Of a DNA stretch of 64,000 nt, positions 62,665-64,000 are shown one piece after another. The notes below the pieces were generated by a model. That model was not told the DNA's origin, ran no database searches, and was given only the letters and a program-made list of their open reading frames with translations. Within the stretch, counting starts at the first letter, position 1, and every line of letters begins with the position of its first letter. Both the position numbers and the translations under genes were made by a program. This DNA comes from a virus: the IMG/VR virus record IMGVR_UViG_3300030441_000216, one strand, 5' to 3'.

Positions 62665-62955
62665 ATGTTTGCAGAATTTGAAGATGATATACAGTTTTGG
62701 GGATGCAATATTCCGAATGAAGTGAAAATGGTTATAGATTCAGCAAATGAAAGTGTAGACAAATCATTCGATAATGAAGATCAAAAACAAGCTTATCATC
62801 TTGGTGTAGAAAATACATTGTCTGTATTGAAACAGTTACTTGATGAAGGGTTAAGTAGAGATAGCATTACATTTTATTATCCAAACGCAGCTACAACAGA
62901 AGAAATGGATATAGAAGATATTAACCAATGGCTAGAAACATTATCATATAAATAA
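62665..62955 (+). CDS. hypothetical acidic protein
   Basis: SD AAAGGAGGATTTT-ATG. Confidence 0.55.
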   Translation: MFAEFEDDIQFWGCNIPNEVKMVIDSANESVDKSFDNEDQKQAYHLGVENTLSVLKQLLDEGLSRDSITFYYPNAATTEEMDIEDINQWLETLSYK

Positions 62956-62994
62956 ATCACTGTTTCATTGGGAAATTTGAGAAGGTGACTATCA

Positions 62995-63207
62995 ATGCAG
63001 AAAGATGGTACAGATATATCAATCGTTTTTACATGTAGGTTTGTTGATGGTACAAAATATGGTTTATCAGTCGGCGAAAAACATGGTTGTATAAGAGAGT
63101 TTTGTGATTTTGATAGTGCAGAAGAAATTGAAACACTTATGCTTGGATTGGCTGATATGCTTAATAAAATCAGATTAGAACATAATGGAAAATTCCCAAG
63201 ATGGTAA
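62995..63207 (+). CDS. hypothetical small protein
   Basis: SD GAGAAGGTGACTATCA-ATG. Confidence 0.5.
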   Translation: MQKDGTDISIVFTCRFVDGTKYGLSVGEKHGCIREFCDFDSAEEIETLMLGLADMLNKIRLEHNGKFPRW

Positions 63208-63234
63208 GAGAATAACATTTTGAGGAGGTGAGAA

Positions 63235-63627
63235 ATGGATACGCAGCTATGTAAAGCAAAGAGCATTAGTAGTGGTCAATGGGTTTGTGGATATTATGTA
63301 AAAGGTTTAGATATGTATGGCAAAGAAATTCATATAATATTTGAACCTACGACAGTATTTTATTCTCATGGTGAAACCGATGGTTTTGAAGAAATAGATT
63401 CAAAGACATTATGTAGGTGCACTGGCAGTCATGATAAGAATGGTAATTTAATCTTTGAAAACGATATTCTAAACGGAGAATTATATAATGTAGTCTCTTA
63501 TGGGAATGGTGAGAATGAATTTCTTGGAATGAATGTTGGTTGGTATGTACAGAGAGATAATTTTGAATCATGGTGTGAATTAAATGATTTAGAGTTATAC
63601 GAGGTCACAGGAAATATCTTAGATTAG
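63235..63627 (+). CDS. hypothetical protein
   Basis: SD TGAGGAGGTGAGAA-ATG. Confidence 0.55.
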   Translation: MDTQLCKAKSISSGQWVCGYYVKGLDMYGKEIHIIFEPTTVFYSHGETDGFEEIDSKTLCRCTGSHDKNGNLIFENDILNGELYNVVSYGNGENEFLGMNVGWYVQRDNFESWCELNDLELYEVTGNILD

Positions 63628-63684
63628 TCTTGAACAATTCAGTTCAAAATTTCCAAATATAAAATAGAGAATATATGAATAGAG

Positions 63685-63996
63685 GTGATATACATAGAAG
63701 TAATTGAAACAAATCTAATCATTGATGAAAATAATATCATCAGAGATCATCAATCAAGAGTGGTTGAGGCAGACAGTTGGGATGAATATTGTGAAGCATA
63801 TAAAAATTATGATGGTAAAGCAGTTTTATTCAAGTCAAAAGTTATGAAAGGTAACAGTATACAATCTAATTGTAAAATTTCAAATCTTAAATATGATGAA
63901 ATGCATTTGTCTTGTAATATCACAAAATTAAAAGATAATGGAGAAGAAATATTTACAGATAAAAGGTTAGCATATCGAATAGTTGATCCGACTTAA
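63685..63996 (+). CDS. hypothetical protein, start uncertain
   Basis: GTG 63685 directly abuts AGAGGTG. An upstream 10-codon ATG ORF at 63676 ends inside it. Confidence 0.45.
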   Translation: MIYIEVIETNLIIDENNIIRDHQSRVVEADSWDEYCEAYKNYDGKAVLFKSKVMKGNSIQSNCKISNLKYDEMHLSCNITKLKDNGEEIFTDKRLAYRIVDPT

Positions 63997-64000
63997 TCAA

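Noticed and set aside
28558-63571. Minus-strand and alternative-frame internal ORFs in the right half (e.g. 28558..28788, 35015..35389, 37283..37714, 40785..41000, 46190..46465, 50205..50399, 51290..51487, 57821..58105, 60251..60715, 62877..63266)
   Set aside because: They are nested inside longer motif-supported genes, have no translation signals, and have biased composition.
1-64000. CRISPR arrays, rRNA genes and transposases
   Set aside because: No regularly spaced direct repeats, no rRNA-like conserved stretches and no DDE/IS-type transposase motifs were seen. The only recombinase is the tyrosine integrase.

Overview
This window is an AT-rich, densely packed phage or prophage segment with Firmicutes-style translation signals (GGAGG/AAGGAG Shine-Dalgarno (SD) sequences, and GTG/TTG starts). 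About 160 genes sit on the + strand and a single gene on the - strand, the XRE-family repressor at 26478..26748. The first 24 kb is an early-region-like array of small ORFs of unknown function. It contains repeated leader sequences, paralogous gene pairs, many Cys4 zinc-ribbon proteins and several intrinsic terminators. At 25.2-27.6 kb there is a lysogeny-type module: a tyrosine integrase, a convergent XRE repressor, a canonical sigma70-like promoter, an orphan MazF/EndoA-family toxin gene, and a tRNA-Gln(UUG) further downstream. At 27.9-31 kb lies an operon whose main product is a 740-aa fusion of a sigma-70-like region 2 / region 4 domain to a DUF262 (ParB/GmrS-like) domain. The right half carries seven DNA methyltransferase genes (one C5-cytosine, two Dam-family D12, two NPPY/NPPF N6-adenine, two DPPY N4/N6), most preceded by perfect GC-containing palindromes. 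It also carries an NAD+/ADP-ribose island: a TARG1/DarG-like macro domain plus a metallophosphoesterase, then nicotinamidase (PncA-like), a PRPP-synthetase-like protein, a NAMPT-like protein, a second macro domain, NADAR and NadE. This island resembles the phage NAD+ reconstitution pathway (Adps plus Namat) extended with deamido-branch enzymes, which would counter defence systems that deplete NAD+ or ADP-ribosylate DNA. Two recurring non-coding motifs stand out: a palindromic box of consensus YACYATATATAGTR at five loci, including the divergent promoter of the repressor, and an RAGAGAATAAYA motif after at least 20 gene ends. No capsid, tail, terminase or replication genes were recognised. Domain assignments are from reading motifs by eye with no database search, so they are hypotheses resting on specific motifs.
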